NCBI GenBank assembly: GCA_963735875.1
Contig: CAVTMO010000010.1
Location: 27,095 to 91,094, forward strand
DNA length: 64,000 bases
Source of the DNA: an uncultured Acidobacteriota bacterium
Lineage (GTDB): Bacteria; Acidobacteriota; Vicinamibacteria; Vicinamibacterales; UBA2999
Direction of reading: 5' to 3'
The notes under the pieces are model-generated. The model was given only the letters and a program-made list of their open reading frames with translations. It had not been told where the DNA came from and ran no database searches. The translations under genes were made by a program, and so were the position numbers. This document shows positions 1 through 10,205 of the stretch, in pieces. Positions within the stretch are counted from its first letter, which is position 1; each line of letters starts with the position of its first letter.

Positions 1-975
1 GCTCACATCGGCGCGGCTGGCGCCGGCGTGGGCGATAACGTTTCGCAGCGCCTCCTGCGCGATCCGGTAGATACACAGCGCAGCATCCGGGGTGATCGCC
101 TGAAAATCACCGGACGCGACACACATCATGGCCACCCCGTGTGCTCGCTCGAGTTCGCCGCAGTATGACGTGAGGCCCTTCACCAGGCCCAGATGCTGCA
201 GCACGGTCGGATGGAGATCGTGGGAGAGGTGGCGAACGTTGCGGGCGAGCGTGAGCGTCTGGCGCTGAAGGTCGACGAGTTCCTGTTGCAGCCCCTCGCT
301 GACGTGGTACTCGCCGAGCCGCTGCTTGAGACCACTGAAAGCGATCGACACACCCGCCAGTTGCTGGCTGACGTCGTCGTGCAGGTCCCGCGCGATCCGC
401 GCCCGCTCGACGTCCTGCGCCTCGATCAGCCGGCCGGCCAGATACCGAATCTCCCGATGGCTCGACTCCAGTGCCGCCTGGCTCTCGCGAATCCGATCTT
501 CGGCGTTCTTCCGCTCGGAAATATCCACGTCGCAGCCGGTATAGCCAGAGAAAGTGCCGTCCGCTTCGTATTTCGGAACGCCGGTCGCCAGCAGCCATCG
601 GTAGTTGCCGTCGGCGTGGCGAAGACGGTACTCGGCGAGAAAGGGTCTGCGTGCCTCGACCGCTGGAACGTAGATGCCGACGCAGCGATCACGGTCGTCT
701 GGATGGACGGCATCCAGCCAGCCGTCTTCGAGGAGCTTCTCGAGCGGCAGGCCCGAGAAAGTCGTGCAAGTGCGATTCAAGAAGTCGAGCGTCGAGTCAG
801 GTCTCATCGTCCACACCATCGCGGGTGTCTGCTCCACGATGAGCCTAAGGCGCTCTTCACGTTCGCGCAGCGCGCGCTCGGTACGGCTGTGGCGCGTGCG
901 CTGGACCAGCAAACCGCCGATCGCCGCCACCAGAATCGCGAGAGCACCCAGCAAGGTAGCGACGATGAAGGACAT
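1..975 (-). CDS. PAS-domain sensor histidine kinase, HisKA_3 (NarX/UhpB-like); 3' end runs off the window
   Basis: Absent from the ORF track because it has no stop in the window. Manual translation from ATG 975: MSFIVATLLGALAILVAAIGGLLVQR (one TM), PAS/PAC (GWLDAVHPDD...YRLRHADGNYRW), H-box ERARIARDLHDDVSQQL, N-box YRIAQEALRNVIAHA. Confidence 0.9.
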   Translation of the reverse strand, partial: MSFIVATLLGALAILVAAIGGLLVQRTRHSRTERALREREERLRLIVEQTPAMVWTMRPDSTLDFLNRTCTTFSGLPLEKLLEDGWLDAVHPDDRDRCVGIYVPAVEARRPFLAEYRLRHADGNYRWLLATGVPKYEADGTFSGYTGCDVDISERKNAEDRIRESQAALESSHREIRYLAGRLIEAQDVERARIARDLHDDVSQQLAGVSIAFSGLKQRLGEYHVSEGLQQELVDLQRQTLTLARNVRHLSHDLHPTVLQHLGLVKGLTSYCGELERAHGVAMMCVASGDFQAITPDAALCIYRIAQEALRNVIAHAGASRADVS

Positions 976-1049
976 ATCCCGTGGATTCTACCCGCCCTTC
1001 ACATCGCGGTCCGGAGCCGGGCAGAAGTCCCGATCACTGATGCATGCGT

Positions 1050-1643
1050 CTACCGATCCAGGGACCGGCCGAACTCGTCGGCCGGCGCCGCGGCCGCCGG
1101 CAGGTAGTCGGCGATGGCGCCGACGATGAGCACCTCGGCACCCTCGGTCGTGGTGATCTCGCCGTGACTGGAATCCTCGTCAGCGTGGTGGAAATCCCCG
1201 GCCCGCAACACCCGGCCGTCAATCACCACCGACCCGCTGATCACGAAGCACTCCTCCGGTCCGTGGTGCTGGTGCGACGGGTAGACGGCGCCCGGCTCGG
1301 CGCGTATCACCAGCGTGACGAGCGATCGCGTCCTGTCCACGGCCAGGACGCGGGCCCGGATCCCGGACAGGCCAGTGTCGATCCAGGTGGCGTCGGCCGC
1401 CCACACGGTGTAGGCCGAGGGCGCGCGCGCCGCGGCGAGGACGCGCGCCCGCACGTGCGCCGGCGGCTCCGCGGCCGGAACGTTCAAGGCCACCGCCGTC
1501 GCGGCGTCGTACAGGCGGGCCACCTCGGATCGTTGTTCCGGCGTCAGCGCACCGAGGCGGACCTGCAGTTCCACCCGCTCGTCAGGGTCGAGCGCGCCGA
1601 CCGAATCGGCCAAGACCAGGGCCTCGAGCGCGTCGGGGATCAT
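1050..1643 (-). CDS. Cupin-domain anti-sigma factor (ChrR-like)
   Basis: N-terminal anti-sigma-like helices (GALDPDER) plus cupin motifs PSHQHHGPEECFVISG and LRAGDFH...SSHG; overlaps the ECF sigma stop by 4 nt. Confidence 0.8.
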   Translation of the reverse strand: MIPDALEALVLADSVGALDPDERVELQVRLGALTPEQRSEVARLYDAATAVALNVPAAEPPAHVRARVLAAARAPSAYTVWAADATWIDTGLSGIRARVLAVDRTRSLVTLVIRAEPGAVYPSHQHHGPEECFVISGSVVIDGRVLRAGDFHHADEDSSHGEITTTEGAEVLIVGAIADYLPAAAAPADEFGRSLDR

Positions 1644-2293
1644 AGGACCTGCTCCAGGAGGCCGCGCATGGCAGCGAGGCCCGTGCGGATGCGCGTCTTC
1701 ACCGTGCCCAGCGGCACACCGAACCGGGTCGCCAGCTCGCTGTGGGTGTAGCCCTCGAAAAAGGCCGCTTCGATCAGCGCCCGTTGCGCGGGCGCCAGGG
1801 TGGCCAGCGCTGTCCGTACGGCACCGGCCGTCGCATGGCCCTCCAGCTCCGTCTCGGGTGTGTCGAGCGTGACGGGCTCCCGCGAACGAGGCGCGTCGTC
1901 GGTGCTGTGTACTGCCGGTTCAACGGCGATGTGTGCCCGGACACGGCGGGCCCGCAGGCGGTCGATGGCGTGATTTCGCGCGATGCGCGTCAACCACGTC
2001 GCCGGCGCCCCCAGCAACGGGTCGTAGGTGTCGGCGCGCGACCACACGCGTACGAACGTTTCCTGCAGCACGTCTTCCGCTTCCGCCGGGCTGCCCAGAA
2101 TGCGGATGATGATGCTGTAGGCGAGACGACTGTGCCGGTCGTAGAGCGCTGCCAGCGCGGTATCGTCACGCGTGGCGATGCGCTGGAGGAGACCGACGTC
2201 CACCTCCGAGCTGCTGGATTCCACGGTTGCCCTACCGTTGCACAGGACTCGAGGCCGCGACAAGCTCGGCCGTTCCGAGGCGCAACAGCTCAT
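1640..2293 (-). CDS. ECF RNA polymerase sigma factor (SigK/RpoE-like)
   Basis: Region 2 (AEDVLQETFVRVW, WLTRIARNHAIDRLR) and region 4 (GYTHSELATRFGVPLGTVKTRIR). Start uncertain: ATG 2293 or GTG 2224. Confidence 0.92.
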   Translation of the reverse strand: MSCCASERPSLSRPRVLCNGRATVESSSSEVDVGLLQRIATRDDTALAALYDRHSRLAYSIIIRILGSPAEAEDVLQETFVRVWSRADTYDPLLGAPATWLTRIARNHAIDRLRARRVRAHIAVEPAVHSTDDAPRSREPVTLDTPETELEGHATAGAVRTALATLAPAQRALIEAAFFEGYTHSELATRFGVPLGTVKTRIRTGLAAMRGLLEQVL

Positions 2294-2303
2294 ATCCCCG
2301 GCC

Positions 2304-2330
2304 TTACGGCCGCCGCCGGCATTTGGATTG
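2304..2330 (-). promoter_or_regulatory. Candidate ECF autoregulatory promoter CAATCC-N15-CCGTAA
   Basis: Minus strand reads CAATCC-aaatgccggcggcgg-CCGTAA just upstream of ATG 2293; resembles SigK-type -35/-10 elements. Inference. Confidence 0.35.
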
Positions 2331-2430
2331 CGCGGCTCTCGTGCCATCCGTCGGCGTAGGCGGTGAGTCGGATGGTTGGCCGAGCGGTTGATGCGATAGG
2401 ATGGCGCTGGCCGTCGGAATGGAGGTCTTG

Positions 2431-3102
2431 ATGGTCCCTCACCGGTCCCGCTCGAACCGCACCGTTCCCGTCCTCGCCCTCACGCTCGTCCTGGCGGCGA
2501 TGCTGACGTCGTGCGGCCGCGCAGACACATCGCCGGCCAGCGACGGGGCGGCTGCCGACACCGCGGCACCGGCGCCCGCACCGCCTCCACCGCCCCCGCC
2601 GCCGCGCGAGCTCACCTGGAGCGGGAACGTCGACATGAAGCTCTGGTCGGCGGTGCGGGTGAAGGCCTACAAGGTTGCGCTGGAGGCGGCGACACCGCCT
2701 ACGCTCGCCATCCTGCGAATTCCACGGCTCGAGCTCGAGGTGCCGGTCTACAACGGCACTGCGGACGCCGTGCTCGACCTGGCGGCCGGTCTGATCGAGG
2801 ACACGGCCTTGCCCGGGACGACGGGCAACGTCGGCATCGCCGCCCACCGGGACGGCTTCTTCCGGGTGCTGAAGGACATCAAGGAAGGCGACGCGCTGGT
2901 GCTGGACACGCCCGTCGCCACCGAGCAATACCGCGTCGAGTGGATCAAGATCACCACCCCCGACGACGTCAGCGTGATCGACCCAACGCCCGATCGCGCG
3001 GTGACGCTCGTCGGCTGCTACCCGTTCTACTACAAGGGCTCGGCCCCGCAGCGGTTCATCGTGCGTGCGGTGCCGGTATCGGGATCGTCCGCGGGCACCT
3101 GA
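2431..3102 (+). CDS. Class D sortase with lipoprotein-type signal and Pro-rich linker
   Basis: Triad motifs AAHRDGFF, TLVGCYPF, RFIV; signal VLALTLVLAAMLTS-C; GGAGG RBS before ATG 2431. Confidence 0.88.
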   Translation: MVPHRSRSNRTVPVLALTLVLAAMLTSCGRADTSPASDGAAADTAAPAPAPPPPPPPPRELTWSGNVDMKLWSAVRVKAYKVALEAATPPTLAILRIPRLELEVPVYNGTADAVLDLAAGLIEDTALPGTTGNVGIAAHRDGFFRVLKDIKEGDALVLDTPVATEQYRVEWIKITTPDDVSVIDPTPDRAVTLVGCYPFYYKGSAPQRFIVRAVPVSGSSAGT

Positions 3103-3124
3103 CCTTCGGGCCGGTACACAACCC

Positions 3125-4451
3125 CTACTCGACGTCCTTGCCCGCCGTCCCGCTCGGGACGTCCGCCAGGCCCGACCGGACCATGTAGCCATAGAGCGCG
3201 ACGCCCGGCAGCGCGATGAGCGTGGTCAGCAGGTAGAAGTTCACGTAGCCCATGGCCTCGATGAGCCCGCCTGCCGTGGTGCCAGTCAGGAATCGCCCGG
3301 CGATGCTGGCCAGCGCCGAGAGCAGCGCGTACTGCGTGGCGGTGTAGCGAAGGTTGCACAGCGCCGACAGGTAGGCCACGACGGCGACACCGCCGATGCC
3401 GCTGGCGAAGTTCTCGAATCCGATGGCGACGGCCATCCCGATGTTGCTGTGGCCGTAGCCGGCCAGGGCCGCGAAGCTGAGGTTCGATACGGCCATCAGC
3501 ACCAGGCTGACGAACACCGACCGCTTCATGCCGATGGCCGCATACATCGCCGCGCCGACGAAGACCCCCGCCAGCAGCGCCGCGAAGCCGATGCCCACGT
3601 CGTAGAACGCGATCTCGTCGTTGCTGAACCGCAGGTCCTCGAACAGCAGGCGCAGCGTGAGGTTGGCCAGGGTGTCGCCGATCTTGTGGATCAGCACGAA
3701 GGCCAGGACCACCAGCGCACCGGGGCGACGCAGGAACTCTGTGAGCGGGCTGAAGAAGGCGACCACGCGCCTCGACGATACCGCTGGGCGGCGCGGGCGG
3801 ACGACGACGGACGGGTTCCCCCATCACGACGCCCACGATCATGGCCGGCAGTGCGAACAGCGCACACACGGCATAGGCGGCCGCCCAGCCGTAGCGCGCG
3901 GCGATCACCAGGGCCACGGCGCCGGCTGACGCCGAGCCGATGCGCCAGCCGTACTGCGACATGCCCGAGCCCACGCCGAGCTGGCGCGGCTCCAGCAACT
4001 CGATGCGGTAGGCGTCGATGACGATGTCGAAGGTGGCGCCGGCAACGCCGACGAGGATGGCGGCAACGGCAACCTGCGGCAGCGCCGAGGCCGGATCCAG
4101 GCTGCCGAGGTAGATGACCGCGCCCATCACCAGCACGCCGACGAACCACAGCCATGAACGCCGCTGACCGAACCGGCCGACCACCGGCAGGCGCACGGTG
4201 TCGACCAGCGGTGCCCACAGGAACTTGAAGTTGTAGGCGAGAAACGTGAACGCGAAGGCCGTCACCGCGCTCTTCCGGACGCCGTACTGGGCGAGGCGTG
4301 TCGTCAGCGTCGCGGCGATCATCGCAAAGGCGAAGCCGGATGACACGCCGAGGAATGCCGCGGCGAGCGGCGCCGCCTCGAGGTACGGCCGCACGCCCTC
4401 GCGCAGCCGGCCGGACCAGGCGGCCGGCGCCGTCGCGGTGGGCGGGGTCAT
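3125..4451 (-). CDS. ampG: AmpG-like muropeptide MFS permease (frameshift near 3770)
   Basis: KFLWAPLVD, GQRRSWL, ATFDIVIDAYRIE in the first frame; TATQYALLSAL in the second frame. Confidence 0.88.
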
Positions 4452-4524
4452 GTGCCCCCTACTCTATCCGCGAGGGCGACGCCGCGTGGCGCACACGCGT
4501 TGGGTGGGCATCGATCGACAAGCT

Positions 4525-5752
4525 TCAGTCTGCCGCCGCGAACCTGCCGACTCGCATCACCCGCGCGCCTGCCATCGCCAGCGGCGCCGCCACCAGGCAC
4601 AGAAGCACACCCATGCTCAGCTCGGAACGCAGCTGCCCCGGAGGCAGCAGCGCGGTGCAGAAGAACAGGCCGATGCTGAATCCGCTGGCGGCGATGAACG
4701 CACCGACAATCAGCTCTCGCCAGCCGACGCGGGGCGGCAGGTGCAGGCCCGCCAGAAGGCCCATGACCGACACCGATGACCAGGCCGATTGGCCGGCCGG
4801 CCAGAACGGCGAGCGGCAGTCCCCATGTGCCTTCTTCCAGAGCACCGAAGGGAACGCCAGCGTTGACCAGTCCGAAGAAGAACAGCGTCACCTGCACCGG
4901 ATGCCTGGACCAGACATCGAAGCGACTCAGCGTGTCTTTCGCGCCGGGGAGCGCGTCGGCGAAAAATCCCGGATCGCGGGCCGCGTGGGGCAGAAACGGC
5001 ATGATCGGCACGAGCGCGAGCGCCGGGTGCATGCCGCCCCAGTACAGCGCCAGCCATGAAACCGTCCCCGCGCCGAAGACGTACGGCCAGAAACTGCGCA
5101 CTCCCCGCTGGCGAAGCGCGACAGCGACACCGATGGCGGCGGCCAGAATCAGCGCCCCAGCGGCCAGGTGGAAGTCTCCTGGTCGGATTCAACAGCGCCA
5201 GGGTGATGAAGCCGAACCCGTCGGCAGGCGATGCCCAGCAGAAGCAGAAACGGGACCACCGGGTGCGCACCGAAGATGATCCTGGCGACGACGTAGATCA
5301 CCGCGAGGTCGACGGCCAGTGTGACCGGCCAGCCGATGACCAGCATCGGCTCGCCGAGGAAATCGAGGAGCTCGGCCGTAGAGAAGTGCGGGCACGACCG
5401 TGGCGCCGATCGCGGCCACCACGGGGAGCAGAACGCGCCGACGCGTATGGAGGACGCCGTTCGGCGCCGTCGCTTCGACGATCTCCTTGGTCATGAGGCC
5501 GAAGAAGAGCGCCATCGCGACGTCGTTGATCACGAACGCGATCGTAAACGTGAACCGGTAGTAGCTCTCGGGCGCGGCGTTGACCCACACGAGGGCGACG
5601 AGCGCGCCCAGTGGCAACAGCAGCAGGTGCTGGGCGGCAACCCGCGTGAGCGCCGGGAGCGCCGCCCGCACACGACTTCTCCGCCGGCCCGATCTGCCCG
5701 CGCGCTCACCGTCTTTGGCTCCCTTACCGGGTCGAGTCGGTTCGTCTCCCAT
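4525..5752 (-). CDS. nhaA: Na+/H+ antiporter, NhaA family (several frameshifts)
   Basis: INDVAMALFFGLMTKE, LLPVVAAIG, GWPVTLAVDLA, GMHPALA, FFFGLVNAGV, GFSIGLF spread over successive frames. Confidence 0.8.
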
Positions 5753-5776
5753 GCAAGGTCTCGCCGCGGTGACGAC

Positions 5777-6706
5777 TCAGGGCGTCGCACCGAGGCCGCG
5801 GTTCTCCATGCGGCTCCCGGCGTCGCCGGAGGTGGACGGTTTCTCGATGCGGCCTGAATCGACTACCTTCCCCGTCCGCGAGATCGCCTGGTAGCTGAAC
5901 TCGGTCCCGGCGATTTCGACCACCATGAAGCTCTGGTCCTGATCGAAGGAGGCGGCCGTCTCTCCTGAGGGGCTCATGTTCCCCCGTCTCAGCTGCCCGG
6001 CCGCACCGGACACGAAATAGAGGATGCCCTTCTGGGGTTTGAGGCGCTCGTAGACGTGGTCGTGACCGGCGAACACGACCTGCACACCGTGCTTGAGGAA
6101 CAACGGCTCCAACCGTAAGCGCAGGTCGATCGAGGCGCCGTGCCGCTCGGCATTCGAATAGAGCGGATGGTGGAAGAAGCAGATCTTCCAGTCTTCACGC
6201 GCGTTCTGCAGGGTGGTCTCGATCCACGCCAGCTGCTTGTCGTCCATCAACGTGGTGTCGAGGGCGAGAAACCGCACGTTCCGTCGCACGAACGTGTAGT
6301 AGCGCTGGCCGTTCATGTTGAACAATTTGTACGACACGTTCTCGGGTCGATCGTGGTTGCCGAGCGACGCCTGAAAGGTCACACCGGCCGACAGGAGCGG
6401 GCGGTACGGCGCCTCGAACTTGTTGACGAAGTCCGCAGGCCGCTGGCTGCCGTACATGTTGTCGCCAAGCATGATGACGAGATCGAACGGAAACTTGGCG
6501 TGGACGTCGGCCATCTGTTTCGCGACCTCGTACTGAGCGCGCTCGCCGGTACCGTTGTCGCCGATGGCGGCGAACTTGACGGAGTCGGCCCGGTTCGGCA
6601 GCGACTGCGAACCCTGCCCGAGGAGCGCGGCGCAGGCCAGCGCCACGAGTGCAACGGTCAGGAGTGGTGCCGGCCGTCGAGGCGTGGTCACGTCGAGCTC
6701 GCGCAT
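5777..6706 (-). CDS. Secreted calcineurin-like metallophosphoesterase (purple acid phosphatase-like)
   Basis: IGDNG, GDNMY, GNHD, HHPLY, GHDH motifs; N-terminal hydrophobic signal. Confidence 0.9.
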   Translation of the reverse strand: MRELDVTTPRRPAPLLTVALVALACAALLGQGSQSLPNRADSVKFAAIGDNGTGERAQYEVAKQMADVHAKFPFDLVIMLGDNMYGSQRPADFVNKFEAPYRPLLSAGVTFQASLGNHDRPENVSYKLFNMNGQRYYTFVRRNVRFLALDTTLMDDKQLAWIETTLQNAREDWKICFFHHPLYSNAERHGASIDLRLRLEPLFLKHGVQVVFAGHDHVYERLKPQKGILYFVSGAAGQLRRGNMSPSGETAASFDQDQSFMVVEIAGTEFSYQAISRTGKVVDSGRIEKPSTSGDAGSRMENRGLGATP

Positions 6707-6933
6707 CGACACATGGTCGTCGCAAACCGTACGATTTGACAAATCACGGGAGAATTACCGGCCGAATGGGTGAGCGCTGCCCCGGCGCGCCGCTGGCGGC
6801 CTACGCCGCAGCCGCCGGCGCGGGTCCCGGGCCAGGGCCTGGGGCCAGCTCGACGGCTGCTCCCGCCACGACCGACCTGTCGCAGTCAATCAGGCGGAGT
6901 CTCACGATCAGTGTCGCGGCCTTGCGGAGCCGG

Positions 6934-7143
6934 TCAGTGTCGCTCAGCCCGGTCGGGTTCGGGGGCCCAATGCGCGCATCCCGCGCACTCTGCTGGGGTG
7001 ACGCGACGGGGCGCTCCGCCCCGTTCACATTCCCAGAAGCTCTCGAACTCGTTGCCACGGTCTGCCATCGTGTTCGGCCGGCACGCCGGCACGCTCCAGC
7101 GGCAGTCCTCGGCCCGTTGCGTCACGTGTGTGGTTCGCGTCAT
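6934..7143 (-). CDS. Small Cys-rich protein (69 aa)
   Basis: AGGAGG RBS just before ATG 7143; five Cys including CAGCAHW; sigma54-type promoter upstream. Confidence 0.6.
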   Translation of the reverse strand: MTRTTHVTQRAEDCRWSVPACRPNTMADRGNEFESFWECERGGAPRRVTPAECAGCAHWAPEPDRAERH

Positions 7144-7232
7144 GGCATCCTCCTGTTGGTGGCATCACCGGGAGGCCGCATCAAGCGAGGCATCGATGAT
7201 AGTTAGCGACTTGCCTTGATGGCTCAGACAAC

Positions 7233-7248
7233 AGCAAGCCTCATGCCT
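7233..7248 (-). promoter_or_regulatory. Sigma54 (-24/-12) promoter
   Basis: AGGCAT-GAGGC-TTGCT with exact GG-N10-GC spacing; dyad-like sites at about 7310-7345 upstream. Confidence 0.65.
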
Positions 7249-7404
7249 GCTGATGTTGAGCGGATCAACGGCTCGTCGACGAAAACGTTGCCCCGAAACG
7301 CCCTCGCCCTGGCGAATTTCCCCTCGGCTGCGGAAAAATTCGCGCCCCGCGCCAGATTCGGCGCGGAGGCCCTGTGTGGCGGGCAGCCGAACCTTCACGT
7401 GCCG

Positions 7405-8857
7405 CTACGGCTCCACCGGGCGCTTGCGGAAGAAGTCGTACTTGGCGGCGATCTGCACCCGACTCGCGTGCGCGTCGGCGCCGTCCTTGACCTCATGCGT
7501 CCCGAACAGGTACTCGACGCCGACGTTGAGCGACCCGACCGGATTCCACAGCAGGTTGGCCCCGACGTAGTACCGAGCTGCGGATCGCCGACGCGGCCTG
7601 CGCGGCGGTGTTGTCGATCTGGCTGTAGCCGACCACTGCGGTCGATCGGAAGCGCTTCGGCCACTGATGGGTGATCGCCGCATAGGTGCCGAGCGCCGGC
7701 AGCGCCGCCACGTCGGTGCCGCGGTCGTCGCGATCGAGGTCGGCGTCCATGCCCGCCAGGTTGTCGATGTAGCGGGCGATGCCAGCCCCGTAGGCGACGT
7801 AGCCGATCAGCAGGTCCCGCTCGGTGGCCTTCCAGGCGCCGCTGGCATTGGCGCCGATGCCGAGCGTGGTCGCGTTCCTCGCCTCGACGCGATAGCCGAG
7901 CGCGCGCGCGAGCCCGCCCAGTTGCAGGTGGCCCCGGGCACCGATGAGGCGATACCTGGCGATCACATCGGGCGCCGGACTGTAGGCACTGCCGCCTTCG
8001 GCGGTTTGCGGCGCTTGCGTCAGCGGCCGCTCGATGGCGAAGGCGAGACTCTGCCGGGCGCCGAGCGGCTGCGTGTAGCGCACCTGGGCCTGGCGCAGGA
8101 GGGAGACGCCCGCCGGGCCGGCGATGTCGATCATGTCGGGGAAAGCATCCGGGTCGGTGAAGGAGGTCCACGTCTGTCCGATGAGAACGTTGGCCAGCTG
8201 CCCGTAGAAGTGCCGCATCCGCGGGTCCACCGGCCCGCTCGTGCCGTAGAAGTCGATCTCGGCGAAGGTCCGGAAGTCGGTGCCGAAGTCGGTCGGACTG
8301 CGGAAGTCGAGGTTGAGCCGGGTCTGGCGCACGTGGAGGGTCGAGCTCACCACCCGTTCGGCGTCGCTCAGTCCCACCGGAATCGTACCGGGAAGGAACT
8401 GATCAGGGTTCCCGGCTGGATTGGTGTCGACGATCGTGTCGAGCTTGGCGTAGCCGTCCAGCTTCACCCGGGCCGGCGTTCCCGGAATGGCCACGAACCC
8501 CTGCATCGCCGGGTCGATCGGCCGATTGTCGACCCGCGCCACGCTCTCGCGCTCGCGGCCGAACGAGTCTTGCTGCGCCGTTGCGGCGACAACAGGCGAC
8601 TGAACCACCTGACCCGGGGCGGGCGCCAGCTCCGTGGGCTGCCCGGTCTCCAGATCGACGATTTGCTGGCGAAGCGCCGCGAGCTGCGCCTGCATCGTCT
8701 GCTCGATCGCGTCGAGGCGCTGGCGCAACGCAGTGAGATCTGCCGCCGACGGGGGGGCCTGTGCCAGCGACGGGCGCGGGACCGCGACCAGGCCCACCAC
8801 CGCGAACACGAGGCCGACGAGAGAGCGAACAGGAATGGCACGCGGGGCGCAGATCAT
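7405..8857 (-). CDS. DcaP-family outer-membrane porin with N-terminal coiled coil (frameshift near 7575)
   Basis: Signal peptide, coiled coil, then KLDGYAKLD, RQTRLNLD, RMRHFYG, GQTWTSFTD, LRQAQVRY; C-terminal VGVEYLFG...AKYDF in the second frame. Confidence 0.8.
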
Positions 8858-8897
8858 TGATTCTCCAGGGGTTGAGGCATCCAGCGCCGGGCGGCGA

Positions 8898-9779
8898 TCA
8901 ATTCACGAACCGCGACAGCACCAGCCGCAGGATCGGCGTCTCGGTGTAGACGAAGATCAGCACGAAGACCCCGAGGTAGGCGAGACGCAGCGTCCGCTGC
9001 GCCGGCTCGCACTGCGTCATGCCCATGGCCACCAGCAGCCAGCCGAATCCCGCCACCGGCGCGACGGCGTAGGTTGCGGCGGCGAAGGCGATCATCAACA
9101 GGTGCCGGCGGCGATGCAGCGCGGCCGGCCAGCTACTGAGCAGCGCCCAGGCGAGCGTGGCTTCGAGCAGGAAGCCGCCCCAGGTCAACGCCAGCCCCAG
9201 GCGCCGCAACGCCGGCGGCTCGACCAGCACCGGGCCGTTCAGTAACTCGGCGCCCGCCGGCAGGGATGTCAGGGCCTCCCGGTTCACCTGCAACTGCTCA
9301 TCGCTCAGCCCGCCCACCGATCGTGAGAGGGCCGCGAATCGCTCGTCGGTGATGAGCGTCATCCTGAAGAAGCGGGCGTCGAGGAAGTCGGGCGCCAGCA
9401 CCCCCTTCCAGATGACGGCGCAGAGGAACGCCGCCCCTGCCAGCCATCGGCTCATCTCGGCGATGGCGGTGAACGGCGCCGGCAGCCGCAGACACAGCCC
9501 GATGCCCAGGCACCAATAGGCCAGCAGGTAGATGTGGTTGTCCGACAGCGGCCAGTCGACGACGAGCCGCGCCAGCACCAGCCCGGCCAGGGCGAGCCAG
9601 ATCGGCGCCCGGCGCGTCAGCGGCGGGATGGCCAGCGCCAGCCCGGCGACCAGCCACGTCAACCCGCGCACGGCCCCTTCCCCGGGCGGGCGCAGCAGCA
9701 GGACGAGCAGCGTCAGCCGCAGCGGCGTCGCCTCGTCGATCAGCTGGTCAGCGATCGCGCGGCGGTCGGTCCAGGTCAT
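8898..9779 (-). CDS. HTTM-domain membrane protein (gamma-carboxylase/SdpB-like)
   Basis: Multi-TM; DNHIYL and AVIWKG...PDFLD resemble the NHxYL and K..xDW motifs of HTTM/GGCX proteins. Confidence 0.6.
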   Translation of the reverse strand: MTWTDRRAIADQLIDEATPLRLTLLVLLLRPPGEGAVRGLTWLVAGLALAIPPLTRRAPIWLALAGLVLARLVVDWPLSDNHIYLLAYWCLGIGLCLRLPAPFTAIAEMSRWLAGAAFLCAVIWKGVLAPDFLDARFFRMTLITDERFAALSRSVGGLSDEQLQVNREALTSLPAGAELLNGPVLVEPPALRRLGLALTWGGFLLEATLAWALLSSWPAALHRRRHLLMIAFAAATYAVAPVAGFGWLLVAMGMTQCEPAQRTLRLAYLGVFVLIFVYTETPILRLVLSRFVN

Positions 9780-10185
9780 CGGCGGAAAACGTCATCTGCG
9801 CGATCATGGCGTCGGCGACGGCAAGCGTCGGCGAGACGTCGGCGCGCCAGACCTCGACGCGCACCGTGTCGACCGGACGCTCGAGCCGCCGCTCGCGGGC
9901 GACCACCGCGCGCGCCAGGGCCTCCAGCGCGCCGGGACGCGGCCAGGTCGCCACGCGATCGACCTGGTCGGCGAGCGAGGGCGGCACGGCGAGCTCCTCG
10001 GAACGTTCCGGGGCCGACACGTACAGCCGGACCCAGCGGAACGGCAGTCCGTCCACCGACGCGAACATGCCGAAGCCCCCGCCCTTCCACGGGCTGAGAA
10101 GGGTCGTCCGCGCCAGCGTCATCTGCGTGGCCGCGAGCGCCACCAGCAGCAGCGCCGGCAACGCGATCGCGGCCCGCCTGGACAT
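9748..10185 (-). CDS. Single-TM partner of the HTTM protein (SdpA-like)
   Basis: N-terminal TM then PWKGGGFGMFASVD; overlaps the start of the HTTM gene. Confidence 0.55.
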   Translation of the reverse strand: MSRRAAIALPALLLVALAATQMTLARTTLLSPWKGGGFGMFASVDGLPFRWVRLYVSAPERSEELAVPPSLADQVDRVATWPRPGALEALARAVVARERRLERPVDTVRVEVWRADVSPTLAVADAMIAQMTFSADDLDRPPRDR

Positions 10186-10205
10186 GGGAGGCAGCGACTC
10201 GGAGT

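Noticed and set aside
193-1107. 304-aa plus-strand ORF
   Set aside because: Antisense shadow of the minus-strand kinase at 1-975.
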